This document shows, piece by piece, positions 1 through 8,290 of a stretch of 36,990 nt of DNA; the first letter of the stretch is position 1, and each line of letters opens with the position of its first letter. Source of the stretch: a virus (Duplodnaviria; Caudoviricetes); IMG/VR virus record IMGVR_UViG_3300028299_000012, positions 1-36,990 of that record. The stretch is one strand, 5' to 3'. The translations under genes were made by a program, and so were the position numbers. The notes beneath the pieces are model-generated. The model saw nothing but the letters and a program-made list of their open reading frames with translations, did not search any database and was not told the origin of the DNA.

Positions 1-1
1 C

Positions 2-100
2 GTGATCCATACCGTGCTGACCCCCGCCAGCGACATCGACACATTCTCGGGCTGCGTATCCATGCCTGATTACGGCACGATTGCCGCGAACTGGAAGTGA
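2..100 (+). CDS. 3' end of an upstream gene (possibly tail fibre or receptor-binding protein)
   Basis: Open frame from the window edge reading ...SDIDTFSGCVSMPDYGTIAANWK, TGA at 98-100, next ATG at 104. Function is a guess from position. Confidence 0.45.
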   Translation: MIHTVLTPASDIDTFSGCVSMPDYGTIAANWK

Positions 101-103
101 GCC

Positions 104-424
104 ATGACCATCCGTACACCATCCGGCCGAACCGTCACCGTCACGCTTGGCGTGGTCTGGCACGACCGCGACCGGACGCCAGTCGTCCACTACACGGGCG
201 ACGAGACCGCCGACGTGTTGGTCGCGTTCGGCAACGTGCTGCTGCCGGACCCGCCCCCACCGCCCCCGCCGCCGACGCAGGAGCTCGAAGCCGCAGCGGT
301 GGAGGCGGTCGCCACCAGGCCGATACTCGGCGAGGACCACGACGCGCTGGTGGCCGCGGTAGCGGCGCTGGCGGACCGGGTGGCGGCGATGGAGAAGGCC
401 GCTACGGCAGAAGTCCCGAAGTAG
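104..424 (+). CDS. hypothetical protein with poly-Pro linker
   Basis: 106 aa ORF starting right after the upstream stop, GC-rich third codon positions. Confidence 0.65.
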   Translation: MTIRTPSGRTVTVTLGVVWHDRDRTPVVHYTGDETADVLVAFGNVLLPDPPPPPPPPTQELEAAAVEAVATRPILGEDHDALVAAVAALADRVAAMEKAATAEVPK

Positions 425-502
425 GTGTATCGTATTGTATGAGTCACGGGATGTTCCCGCAACGCAGAGTACCGGAGTCGAAATCAAGAAGGAGGTCTGA
501 CG

Positions 503-1315
503 ATGAAGACGTTGACGTTGGGTCGCATGATTGTCGCTCTGGTGATGATCCTGTTCTGCTGCATGATCGGGATTGCCCTGGCGTGTGCCGTTTCGGGCTG
601 CGCCGGATTCGGCAGCGGTACCCCGAAAACCGCGTTGTACACGTTCAACATCGCCAAGGATGCCAAATCCACAATCGTCGTGGGTTCTGCCGGCACGCAG
701 ACGTACATGCCGCAGACCCTCGAAGTTGCCGACGTGCCTGATGCCACGAAGCTGACCGCTACTACTGGGCCAGAGTTGCTGGCCAGCGGCGCCACCGCGG
801 CCGGTGTCGCCAAGGGCAAGATGTCTCAGGTAATCGTCGGAGCCGACAACGCCAAGCGAACCGCGGAAAACGACGTGAGCGCGGCTATGCAGGCGCTGGC
901 TGGCAACGAGCAGACGACCGCGGGGCAGACCCCGGCAATGGTGCAGCGACAGGGCGAAGCCGCGGCTACCGGCACAACGACCTCGACGCCTATGGCAACC
1001 AAGACAACCACCGTCAAGATCCCGCTCACCGGGCAGGGCTCGGCTACGGTTGACGACGCTTCCACGAATACCGGCACCGGCACTGCTACGCCCAGCGAGA
1101 CCGCAACACCCGCGGCGGAAGCGGGAACAACCGGGGTTGAGGTGGCCAGCAAGATGACGAAGAACGCCGACGGCAGCTATACCGTCGTCACCGACAAGGG
1201 CACCCATACCGGGGAACTCCTGCGCACGCCGACCGAAGCGGGGGGCCAGTACGTGCTACTGCGCACGGATGGCTCACCCGTGGCGTTCACCTGCGTCGGC
1301 TGCGCCGACGAGTAG
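503..1315 (+). CDS. putative lipoprotein (Thr/Ala-rich)
   Basis: Strong RBS AAGGAGG, basic N-terminus, hydrophobic signal ending in lipobox-like VSGC. Confidence 0.65.
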   Translation: MKTLTLGRMIVALVMILFCCMIGIALACAVSGCAGFGSGTPKTALYTFNIAKDAKSTIVVGSAGTQTYMPQTLEVADVPDATKLTATTGPELLASGATAAGVAKGKMSQVIVGADNAKRTAENDVSAAMQALAGNEQTTAGQTPAMVQRQGEAAATGTTTSTPMATKTTTVKIPLTGQGSATVDDASTNTGTGTATPSETATPAAEAGTTGVEVASKMTKNADGSYTVVTDKGTHTGELLRTPTEAGGQYVLLRTDGSPVAFTCVGCADE

Positions 1316-1413
1316 TGTTTTGCGCGGACCCGGCCGGGGCCTCCTTTCTCTTTTTTCTTCCCTCCACCCGGCCGGGTTCGCCACCATCGATACCAGGGGT
1401 ATGGGGTGACGGC

Positions 1414-1596
1414 ATGGCCCCCCGGACGGCAGCAAACACAGTGGCGCACTACCTGCTGCGGTGGGCGTGGAGTTGGGCCACGCTGGTCGCAGGTGTCTGC
1501 GGCGTGGTCACGCTGGGTGCGTGGCAGACCGACCTGGACGAGTGGGTTTTCGGGCACTACCTGACGCACTGCGACAGATTGGGGTTCCTGCCATGA
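1414..1596 (+). CDS. small membrane protein
   Basis: Hydrophobic stretch WSWATLVAGVCGVVTLGAW; stop overlaps the next start (ATGA). Confidence 0.4.
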   Translation: MAPRTAANTVAHYLLRWAWSWATLVAGVCGVVTLGAWQTDLDEWVFGHYLTHCDRLGFLP

Positions 1597-2111
1597 CGCC
1601 AACCCATATCGGCACCCCGTTTACCTGCGACGGCCATGTAATCGAGTGGCTGTGCCGGCTTGATGTCTACGCGGTCCCCGGTTCGCGCAACGTATTCCTC
1701 GCGCACCCGTGGGGCGCCAACGTCGACGGCGTGGACTACGTGGCGCCAGGCGATATGGAGACCGATGGCGTGAGCGCCGGCCGTCTGCTCTGGCGTGTCT
1801 TGGACCCGCCCATCCGGTCGCTGCTGTTCCCCGGTGCATGCATTCACGACGCGGCCTATGGCGGCATTCTGCTGGCGGTGGACCGGCATGGGAACGAGCT
1901 GACGGTGGACAGGACGCATGCCGACTGGCTACTGTCGATCCTAGGCCGGGCCAATGGGTACGGCCGGACCAAAGGCCAGGTCGTCCACGTCGGGATCACC
2001 GCGCTCGGCTGGCCACGCTGGAACGAGCTGCATGCCTACAACGCCCAGTTCATTGACCGGACTAAGTGGGAATACCGATGGCAGGACTTCGTCACACCGG
2101 AGCGCCCATGA
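1593..2111 (+). CDS. DUF1353-like phage protein
   Basis: Motifs PGDMETDGVS, ACIHDAAY and RTHADWLL resemble DUF1353. Confidence 0.65.
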   Translation: MTPTHIGTPFTCDGHVIEWLCRLDVYAVPGSRNVFLAHPWGANVDGVDYVAPGDMETDGVSAGRLLWRVLDPPIRSLLFPGACIHDAAYGGILLAVDRHGNELTVDRTHADWLLSILGRANGYGRTKGQVVHVGITALGWPRWNELHAYNAQFIDRTKWEYRWQDFVTPERP

Positions 2112-2404
2112 ACGCAACACGCCGTATGTCGTCCGAAGAGCCGACCCGTGAGACCATCCTGCCGTGTGACACTCCATGCAACAGGCTGGTGCAGCACATG
2201 GTCACGTACGCCAGGGACCGGGCGTTGGCGTGGGGCATGTTCGGCATTTGCGCGCTGGTCGCCGGCTATCTCTGGGTACGCGCGGACAAACTGGGCGAAG
2301 ACGGGGCAGAGCGCAACGCCCTGATCCGCGAGGTCATCGTAAAGGTGGACAACCTCAGCACCAGCATCCACGACTTGCGTGCGAGTCTGCCAAGGACCCC
2401 ATGA
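2108..2404 (+). CDS. single-TM protein with C-terminal coiled coil (holin-like)
   Basis: TM segment ALAWGMFGICALVAGYLWV; ATGA-coupled to neighbours. Confidence 0.45.
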   Translation: MNATRRMSSEEPTRETILPCDTPCNRLVQHMVTYARDRALAWGMFGICALVAGYLWVRADKLGEDGAERNALIREVIVKVDNLSTSIHDLRASLPRTP

Positions 2405-2595
2405 GCAACCCAGACTCAGACGACAATATGCACTACCAGAGAACCGACAACCTGCGCCGGCAAATCCGCGAGACGCAGGCGCGGTTGCGCCAGGTCGGCG
2501 CGATGGTCGACGAAATGCGGACGCACCTGGTGCGGCTCTGCGCGGCACTGGCAGACGCCGACGGCCACGCCGACGAGAGTGGCTGGATACCTTAG
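2401..2595 (+). CDS. small coiled-coil hypothetical protein
   Basis: MSNPDSDDN... start overlaps the previous stop; ends just before the terminator. Confidence 0.55.
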   Translation: MSNPDSDDNMHYQRTDNLRRQIRETQARLRQVGAMVDEMRTHLVRLCAALADADGHADESGWIP

Positions 2596-2616
2596 CGCCG
2601 ACCAAGCCACGGCGCC

Positions 2617-2662
2617 ACCGGCCCCGGTCGCATTCACCCCGACCCGGGCCGGTTCTTTTTTT
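2617..2662 (+). terminator. Rho-independent terminator ending the late block
   Basis: Stem ACCGGCCCCGGTCG / CGACCCGGGCCGGT followed by TCTTTTTTT. Confidence 0.8.
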
Positions 2663-2720
2663 GATTATTTTCTTTACAAGCGCTTGTAATGCGTTGAGCC
2701 GGGGTGTATTGTATTGAGTA
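2663..2720 (+). promoter_or_regulatory. AT-rich early promoter region
   Basis: AT-rich island with TTGAGC...TATTGT and the palindrome TTACAAGCGCTTGTAA (2674-2689), a possible operator. Confidence 0.5.
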
Positions 2721-2737
2721 GTAGGGCAAGGTGCCCT

Positions 2738-3043
2738 AAGGAGCAAGGCAAGATGAAGACCGCAACAGGAGAAGGCAAGATGAAGACCGCAGAATACATC
2801 GCCGTATGGCGAGACGAGGACTCCGACCCGGAGAGGCCGGTGTACTGCGTCAGCGTCTGTGACGACGACGGGGCAGAGCGCTGCTTGGATTGCGCCGCGC
2901 TGGCCGACACTGCCATCATGGTGGGAAAGGCCGAAGCCGCTTCGAGGCACATTGAGTGCCGCATTCAGTTCTGAGACCGTCCAAGCAAGGAGCAAGGCAA
3001 GATGAAGACCGCAACAGGAGAAGGCAAGATGAAGACCGCAGAA
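2738..3043 (+). repeat. 57 bp perfect direct repeat (2738-2794 and 2987-3043) carrying RBS and gene start
   Basis: AAGGAGCAAGGCAAGATGAAGACCGCAACAGGAGAAGGCAAGATGAAGACCGCAGAA occurs twice. Confidence 0.95.
2753..2974 (+). CDS. small early hypothetical protein
   Basis: RBS AAGGAG then MKTATGEGKMKTAEY... Confidence 0.6.
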   Translation: MKTATGEGKMKTAEYIAVWRDEDSDPERPVYCVSVCDDDGAERCLDCAALADTAIMVGKAEAASRHIECRIQF

Positions 3044-3436
3044 GCCACGAGGAAGATTGAGGATCGGAATCGGTATTGGACCTATGCCAACACCCAGCCG
3101 ACGGACGCAGACGCGCTGGCCTTTGCCAGCGGCGACGGCCATTGGGCCGGCGATGAGGGGGATTGGTCCGACGAGGACCTCCCCCTCTTCCGCAATCGTG
3201 AAGCAGTGGCGGAGGCCGCCGCGGCGGGCGGAGCGGACAGCAATCGGCTATCCTTTCTGAAGATAGCAATTTACCCGGCGGGGACGCCGCGGCCCCCAGA
3301 GAGGGACGACGCCCCCCAGGGGCGCTATACGGACGCCGGGTGGCTCTCGCACCGCCCGTACGGGTGGTGCGAACATCGGTGCGGAGGTGGAGCCTCATGG
3401 CTCCACGTTATTCTGCGGGGAGAGAAATCGTGGTGA
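3002..3436 (+). CDS. early hypothetical protein
   Basis: Same N-terminus (MKTATGEGKMKTAE) as the preceding gene. Confidence 0.6.
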   Translation: MKTATGEGKMKTAEATRKIEDRNRYWTYANTQPTDADALAFASGDGHWAGDEGDWSDEDLPLFRNREAVAEAAAAGGADSNRLSFLKIAIYPAGTPRPPERDDAPQGRYTDAGWLSHRPYGWCEHRCGGGASWLHVILRGEKSW

Positions 3437-3708
3437 AGCACAGCCGGCCGTCGGTCAAGGTCTTCGCGAGAGACGAAGGATTGGCGGTCGAGGGAGAGCG
3501 GCGGGCGGTCGTGACTGCCGCGGATATCCGGGAGGGCCTGCGGCGGGCGTTGTTGGCGCCAATAGAGGCGCGTTTCAACGGGCATGTGAGATCCGAGGTG
3601 ATGTCTCACCTCGACTGGTTGGACAAAGTTGGGGAGGTCGCCGTGCGCCTCCATAATGAGCGTCCCGGTGGGTGGGAAGCAGAGTGGGAGGTGACGGCGA
3701 GGTGGTGA
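3430..3708 (+). CDS. hypothetical protein
   Basis: GTG start after GGAGAG, overlapping the previous stop. Confidence 0.5.
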   Translation: MVKHSRPSVKVFARDEGLAVEGERRAVVTAADIREGLRRALLAPIEARFNGHVRSEVMSHLDWLDKVGEVAVRLHNERPGGWEAEWEVTARW

Positions 3709-3725
3709 ATCGGAAAGACGGAGGA

Positions 3726-3905
3726 ATGACCATGGAACCAAAGCAAGCCGCTGCCCAGGCGCTCGGCGCCATCGGCGGGCGCAGCAGGAGCGCCGACAAG
3801 GTGGCCGCGGCAAGGACAAATGCGGCCAAGGCCCGCCGCGCGCTCGCGGCAAAACGCCAGGCGGATGCTGCCCGTGTGGCAGCGCTTACGGGAGACCCGT
3901 CATGA
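3726..3905 (+). CDS. small basic Ala-rich protein (possible DNA binding)
   Basis: AAQALGAIGGRSRSADKVAAARTNAAKAR; RBS GGAGG. Confidence 0.6.
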   Translation: MTMEPKQAAAQALGAIGGRSRSADKVAAARTNAAKARRALAAKRQADAARVAALTGDPS

Positions 3906-4102
3906 CATCCGGGGAAGAACTTTGTCAGGCCGCACGCAACGTGCTGCGGGACGCCATCGCATCGGCCGTGCGGTTGGCCAGGCGTCACGGCACACGGCAC
4001 GACCTGATGCAGATTGCAGCCCTCTGCGAGTGCGAGGCGGTGCTCATCCGGCAGGAGCTGCGCGAGAGCGGGAAGACGTACCCGCAGTGCGAGGAAGACT
4101 GA
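3902..4102 (+). CDS. hypothetical protein
   Basis: ATGA-coupled 66 aa ORF. Confidence 0.55.
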   Translation: MTSGEELCQAARNVLRDAIASAVRLARRHGTRHDLMQIAALCECEAVLIRQELRESGKTYPQCEED

Positions 4103-4103
4103 C

Positions 4104-4229
4104 ATGAGTGACAACGACGAGAAGTTGGACGCATGGCTGGCGCTGGCGGCGCTGGCGATCACCGTGGGCCTGGCGCTGGTGGCGCTGGGCTGGATGCTGG
4201 GCGCGGCAACGATTGGAGGTGCGATGTGA
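4104..4229 (+). CDS. small single-TM protein
   Basis: MSDNDEKLDAWLALAALAITVGLALVALGWMLG. Confidence 0.5.
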   Translation: MSDNDEKLDAWLALAALAITVGLALVALGWMLGAATIGGAM

Positions 4230-4354
4230 GGCACGAGGACTGGCAATTCACACTGTGTGCCGCGCTGGCCGTGCTCGGCGCGGCGATCTGCACCGGCGTC
4301 GGGTTGGTCGGCGGCGACTGGCTGCTGTCGCTGATTGGGAGGGTCACGGGATGA
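4226..4354 (+). CDS. small single-TM protein
   Basis: GGAGG RBS, GTG start, hydrophobic LCAALAVLGAAICTGVGLVGG. Confidence 0.45.
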   Translation: MRHEDWQFTLCAALAVLGAAICTGVGLVGGDWLLSLIGRVTG

Positions 4355-5058
4355 CAATCTCAGAACGCAATCCGCGGACTGGATGGTGGTTTGGTGGGGA
4401 GGAGCTGCCGCATGGTGACGGGCGACCGGTCACGCCGGGCTGCGTGTTTCGCGTCCCCCCCCCGATTAAGTTGTGTTCGCGAGGCCTGCATATGGCGCAG
4501 CACGCGCTGCAGGCTATGGAATGGGCGCACGGTTGCAAGGTGTGGCGCGTCGAGGGCTGGGGAGAGTGCGCCAGCGACGCTTTCAAGTGTGTTTGCGAAT
4601 ACCGGCGACATTTGTGGCAACTCGATGCCGAGAATATCCTTAGGCGCTTTGCCTGTCGATGCGCGCTCGACGTGCTGCCTTCGGACGTGTCAGACGTGGT
4701 GCGCACGTACCTTAAGCTGGCAGACCGCGCGACTGATGGTCAGCGCATTGCCGCCTGGGATGCCGCCTGGTCTGCCGCCAGGTCTGCCGCCTGGGATGCC
4801 GCCTGGTCTGCCGCCAGGGATGCCGCCAGGGATGCCGCCTGGGCTGCCGCCGGGGATGCCGCCAGGGATGCCGCCTGGGCTGCCGCCTGGGATGCCGCCA
4901 GGGCTGCCGCCTGGGATGCCGTCGGGGAAGCCGTCGGGTTTGCCGCCTGGGATGCCGCCTGGGCTGCCGCCAGAATACGTTATGAGCGGCGGCTAGATTC
5001 CATGTTGTACGCAGAGGCGAAGAAACTCGGAACGCCGAACACGGAGGCGGGAGAATGA
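4351..5058 (+). CDS. phage protein with AAWDAA/AARDAA repeats
   Basis: N-terminal KLCSRGLH...[12 protein letters not shown] followed by tetrapeptide Ala/Trp repeats, a common phage accessory architecture. Confidence 0.75.
   Translation: MTISERNPRTGWWFGGEELPHGDGRPVTPGCVFRVPPPIKLCSRGLHMAQHALQAMEWAHGCKVWRVEGWGECASDAFKCVCEYRRHLWQLDAENILRRFACRCALDVLPSDVSDVVRTYLKLADRATDGQRIAAWDAAWSAARSAAWDAAWSAARDAARDAAWAAAGDAARDAAWAAAWDAARAAAWDAVGEAVGFAAWDAAWAAARIRYERRLDSMLYAEAKKLGTPNTEAGE
4750..4972 (+). repeat. 12-nt coding tandem repeat GCCGCC(T/A)GG(G/T)(A/C)T
   Basis: About 18 units encoding [16 protein letters not shown]. Confidence 0.9.
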
Positions 5059-5103
5059 CGACGGAGTGGTTGACCACAAACGCACAAAAAGGAGAATGAG
5101 GAC

Positions 5104-5340
5104 ATGGAAGCAACGTGTGCTGTGTGCGGCGAGCAAAAGCCGCTCTGCAATTCCGTCCGCATCGACGGGATTCAACAGCCGAGGCTGTGCTTGGACTGCG
5201 TGTCGAAGCTGCTCCGCACTGGCAAGGCCAAAACAAACGACGCCTACTGGCTGAGGCAAATGGCGCAGCTCGCTGATAAGGAGAGTCTTGACGCGCTGGC
5301 CGCACGGCGGTCGCGAAACGACACGGAGAGCAAGACATGA
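5104..5340 (+). CDS. small CxxC...CxxC zinc-finger protein
   Basis: CAVC and CLDC motifs. Confidence 0.6.
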   Translation: MEATCAVCGEQKPLCNSVRIDGIQQPRLCLDCVSKLLRTGKAKTNDAYWLRQMAQLADKESLDALAARRSRNDTESKT

Positions 5341-6164
5341 AGATTGACCACCTGAGCCATTCGCAGTGGCGCGCCTGGCATACATGCCCGGCCGCCGCCT
5401 ATGCCCAGTATGTGCTGGGAACCTACCATCCCGGCACGACGGAGGCCATGGCGCTCGGTACGCTCACCGAGGCCGCGATCACCGACCCGCGGGATGTACT
5501 GGACCTGATCGCATCTCTGCGTCCGAACGACCAAGCCCTGCTCACGACCCAGAAGGGGGCTCCTACGAAAGACGCGGAACGAGCGGTGCAGTGGGGCCGG
5601 CAGACCGCCGAGCTGCTGGATCTGGACGGGTACGCCATGCAGACAGAGCTGCGTCCGGCCATTGGGGGCGTGACGTGGATCTGCAAGCTGGACCTGTGGT
5701 CTCGCACCGACGGCATGGTGTGGGACGTCAAGACGTGCCCGGCGGACCCGCTGGCGGAGACATGGGTACCACGACTCGAGTGCCGCGGGAACTGCATTGC
5801 CGAGCGCGCCTACGGCTATCAGTTGGCCGCCTACCGCGAGGCCGTCCGGCAGGAAACCGGGGGCCTTTGCGACGTGGGGATCATGGCAATCGGGAAGCAC
5901 AAGACACGCAATGGCGACCCGGTTGCCAATCTGTGGCTGTTCTGTTGGGAAGACGGCAGCCAACTCGACGGCTATCTCGATGCCATGGCCGCAAGCTGCA
6001 TGCACCCGTGGACGTGCGGAACCGGCGCGCTCGTGCCGCCGATTCCCGAGATGTACGAAGCCGGAGCGCCGTTGCCCCGGTGCGAAACGTGCGACTGGTG
6101 TGTCACCAGTCGCGAACAAAGGGTGCGGATGTACTCCGACCCGCAGAAAAGGGGAAGGCAATGA
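5337..6164 (+). CDS. PD-(D/E)XK exonuclease (RecE/DUF3799/Cas4-like)
   Basis: LSHSQ..CP, CKLDL..VWDVKT, YGYQLAAY, C-terminal CETCDWC; lies upstream of the RecT-like gene. Confidence 0.8.
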   Translation: MKIDHLSHSQWRAWHTCPAAAYAQYVLGTYHPGTTEAMALGTLTEAAITDPRDVLDLIASLRPNDQALLTTQKGAPTKDAERAVQWGRQTAELLDLDGYAMQTELRPAIGGVTWICKLDLWSRTDGMVWDVKTCPADPLAETWVPRLECRGNCIAERAYGYQLAAYREAVRQETGGLCDVGIMAIGKHKTRNGDPVANLWLFCWEDGSQLDGYLDAMAASCMHPWTCGTGALVPPIPEMYEAGAPLPRCETCDWCVTSREQRVRMYSDPQKRGRQ

Positions 6165-6631
6165 TGACCTACAACGAAGCACCGGGACCGACCATGGACG
6201 CGACAGAGTTTTGGAAGCTGTTTGGCGACTACGAACGCGAAGACACAGACTGCCAGTTCTCTGACCTCTCCGGCCAAACCATCGTCAACATCCAGGGAGA
6301 TAAGGGTGATGAGTTTGCGGTGCTCACACTTGCCGACGGCCGCCAGATGGGAATGGCGCATATCCAGGACTGTTGTGAGAGTGTGACGCTAGAGAGCATC
6401 CGCGGCGATATAGAGATGGTCGTCGGGCACGAGATTGAGTACGCAGCAGAGACCAGCGGAAGCGCCGAACCGGCGTTGGGCTTCCTTGACGATAGTCACA
6501 CATGGACATACTACTACATCCGCACAGAAGGTGGTTCAATCGTAATACGCTGGTATGGAACCAGCAACAGATACTACAGCGAAAACGTGTACTGCCGGTG
6601 GTTGACCACAAACGCACAAAAAGGAGAATGA
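6161..6631 (+). CDS. conserved phage protein (HxQDCCESV motif)
   Basis: HIQDCCESV, SHTWTYY and RWYGTSNRYYSE motifs. Confidence 0.7.
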   Translation: MMTYNEAPGPTMDATEFWKLFGDYEREDTDCQFSDLSGQTIVNIQGDKGDEFAVLTLADGRQMGMAHIQDCCESVTLESIRGDIEMVVGHEIEYAAETSGSAEPALGFLDDSHTWTYYYIRTEGGSIVIRWYGTSNRYYSENVYCRWLTTNAQKGE

Positions 6632-7662
6632 CAACCATGAATGAAACCGAAACCGCAGTCGTGACCGTCGATCCTACAGGCAATCTGCCTGCGCCGACCT
6701 TCGGGGCACAGATGCAACTCCAGAGCCTGGCCAACGCCCTGGAGTTCGCTGCCGTGGTCGAGAAGTCTGGCCTGGCGCCGAAAGGCATGAACCGGGAGGG
6801 CATCGTCATCGCCATGCAGATGGGTTATGAGGTTGGCCTGAGCCCCATGCAGGCGATTCAGAACATCGCCAGCATCAATGGCAGGCCGGCGATCTGGGGC
6901 GACGCGCAACTGGCGTTGGTGCGCGCCAGCGGCCTGCTTGAGTCCTACGCGCAAGAGCCGATAGGGGAACCCGGAACAGACGGCCGCGGCTACAAGGTTA
7001 CGGTCCAGCGTGCCGGGAGCCCGGCAGCGTCCGAAGAGTTCACGGTGGCCGATGCCAAGCGCGCCGGCCTGTGGGGCAAGCAGGGACCCTGGACTCAGTA
7101 CCCGCAGCGGATGACGCTCTTCCGTGCCCGCGGGTTCATTCTGCGCGACCAGTTCGGCGATGTGCTGAAGGGGCTGAAGTCGGCCGAGGAAGTTATGGAC
7201 GAGCCGCGTGAGATCGACGTCACGGCTGTAGGCACCGACACGCCGTCGGGACCCCCCGCCGCCGCGGCGAAGATGTCACGCAGGCGGACGCCGAAGACAG
7301 AAGCGACGGTGACAGAACCCGCCAAACCGGCTACCGAGGCGGCGCCGGCAGAGGCTGCGGCGGCGGACACCGCGAATCCCGAGCCGCTAAATCCGACACC
7401 GGCGGACATCCGCGCGGCGCTTGGAGAGGTCGGTATGGACGAAGCGCTGGTGCTGGAGTACTTGGCAGCGCAGGTGCCGCCGCGCATCAAGTACGGCGGG
7501 ACGGTCGAGGACATCGGTATGAAGGTGGCTCGGTACATCGTGGACCATCCCAACGCGTTGGCCAATCTGGTGACGAAATGGCAGGCAGATCGGGACGAGG
7601 CGGCGCAGGCCGAGGCCAACGAGCAACTGGATCTCGCTGCCGAGGGCACGGCACAGGAGTAG
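6628..7662 (+). CDS. RecT-like single-strand annealing recombinase
   Basis: GYEVGLSPMQAIQNIASINGRPAIWGDA, AKRAGLWGKQGPWTQYPQRM, RDQFGDVLKGL. Confidence 0.8.
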   Translation: MTTMNETETAVVTVDPTGNLPAPTFGAQMQLQSLANALEFAAVVEKSGLAPKGMNREGIVIAMQMGYEVGLSPMQAIQNIASINGRPAIWGDAQLALVRASGLLESYAQEPIGEPGTDGRGYKVTVQRAGSPAASEEFTVADAKRAGLWGKQGPWTQYPQRMTLFRARGFILRDQFGDVLKGLKSAEEVMDEPREIDVTAVGTDTPSGPPAAAAKMSRRRTPKTEATVTEPAKPATEAAPAEAAAADTANPEPLNPTPADIRAALGEVGMDEALVLEYLAAQVPPRIKYGGTVEDIGMKVARYIVDHPNALANLVTKWQADRDEAAQAEANEQLDLAAEGTAQE

Positions 7663-7713
7663 TCATCACCCAACCCCGACTGCCCGGCGGGAGAGACCGG
7701 GCGCAACGGAGGT

Positions 7714-7742
7714 TTGACACCGCCAACGCCAGCGTGTAGTGT
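7714..7742 (+). promoter_or_regulatory. sigma70-like promoter
   Basis: TTGACA-17 bp-TAGTGT. Confidence 0.7.
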
Positions 7743-7749
7743 AGTGATG

Positions 7750-7886
7750 CCGGGACGATCCGGCCCGCCGTGAGACAGCGGTCAGTCAAAAGGATTGAAA
7801 TGTCCCCCAGAACACAAGCCACGCCACTGGCAAGCGCGCCCTTCCCCAATCCGGGCGGTCTCACCGTGACCCAGTGGCGTGGCTTG
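7750..7886 (+). ncRNA. C4-like antisense/attenuator module 1
   Basis: Small hairpin with GTGAGAC (7770-7776) complementary to GTCTCAC (7858-7864), which lies in the loop of a perfect 16 bp inverted repeat (7815-7830 / 7871-7886). Confidence 0.5.
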
Positions 7887-8024
7887 CCTGCTGGGAGAAC
7901 CGTTCATTAAGAAGGCGACACTTGCAGAACTGACGTACGAAGGAACCGAACCACAACGGGAACCGTTGCTATGGCTGGGATCGGTTCCGGCCGTGCAGGC
8001 AAACCTGCCAGGAATGGAAACACC

Positions 8025-8066
8025 ATGAAGCACGGCACCATAGACCACCCCAATATGCGCGCTTGA
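8025..8066 (+). pseudogene. possible truncated N-terminus of a former replication initiator
   Basis: MKHGTIDHPNMRA*; the stop overlaps a TTGACA at 8063. Confidence 0.3.
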
Positions 8067-8231
8067 CAATCGCCCAGACGCGTGATAACAGTATGATGTC
8101 CGCAGCGATGCGGGCCGGGTTGGTAGCCCGACGAAAGGCACAGAACCATGGTCCCAGAACAGACCCCACGAGGCGACCCGCAGGCGAGCCCTCCCACTGT
8201 GCCGGGCCTACCAGCGCTTGCGGGTCGCCTC
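8063..8231 (+). ncRNA. promoter plus C4-like antisense/attenuator module 2
   Basis: TTGACA at 8063; hairpin CGGGT-TGGTA-GCCCG (8116-8130) whose TGGTAG is complementary to CTACCA (8208-8213) inside the 17 bp inverted repeat 8170-8186 / 8215-8231. Confidence 0.5.
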
Positions 8232-8290
8232 CTGCGGTCTGGCATGATTGGAGCACGGAGGCACCATGCCCACGACTGGAGCGCCGAGGT

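Larger units (their letters stand above)
5066..6631 (+). repeat. 34 bp perfect direct repeat (5066-5099 and 6598-6631)
   Basis: GTGGTTGACCACAAACGCACAAAAAGGAGAATGA occurs twice and includes an RBS plus ATG. Confidence 0.95.

Noticed and set aside
5337-6164. Cas4 acting as adaptation nuclease for the GGC-NN array
   Set aside because: It lies 9 kb away beside recT and outside the repeat-bounded cassette; a RecE-like recombination role is more parsimonious
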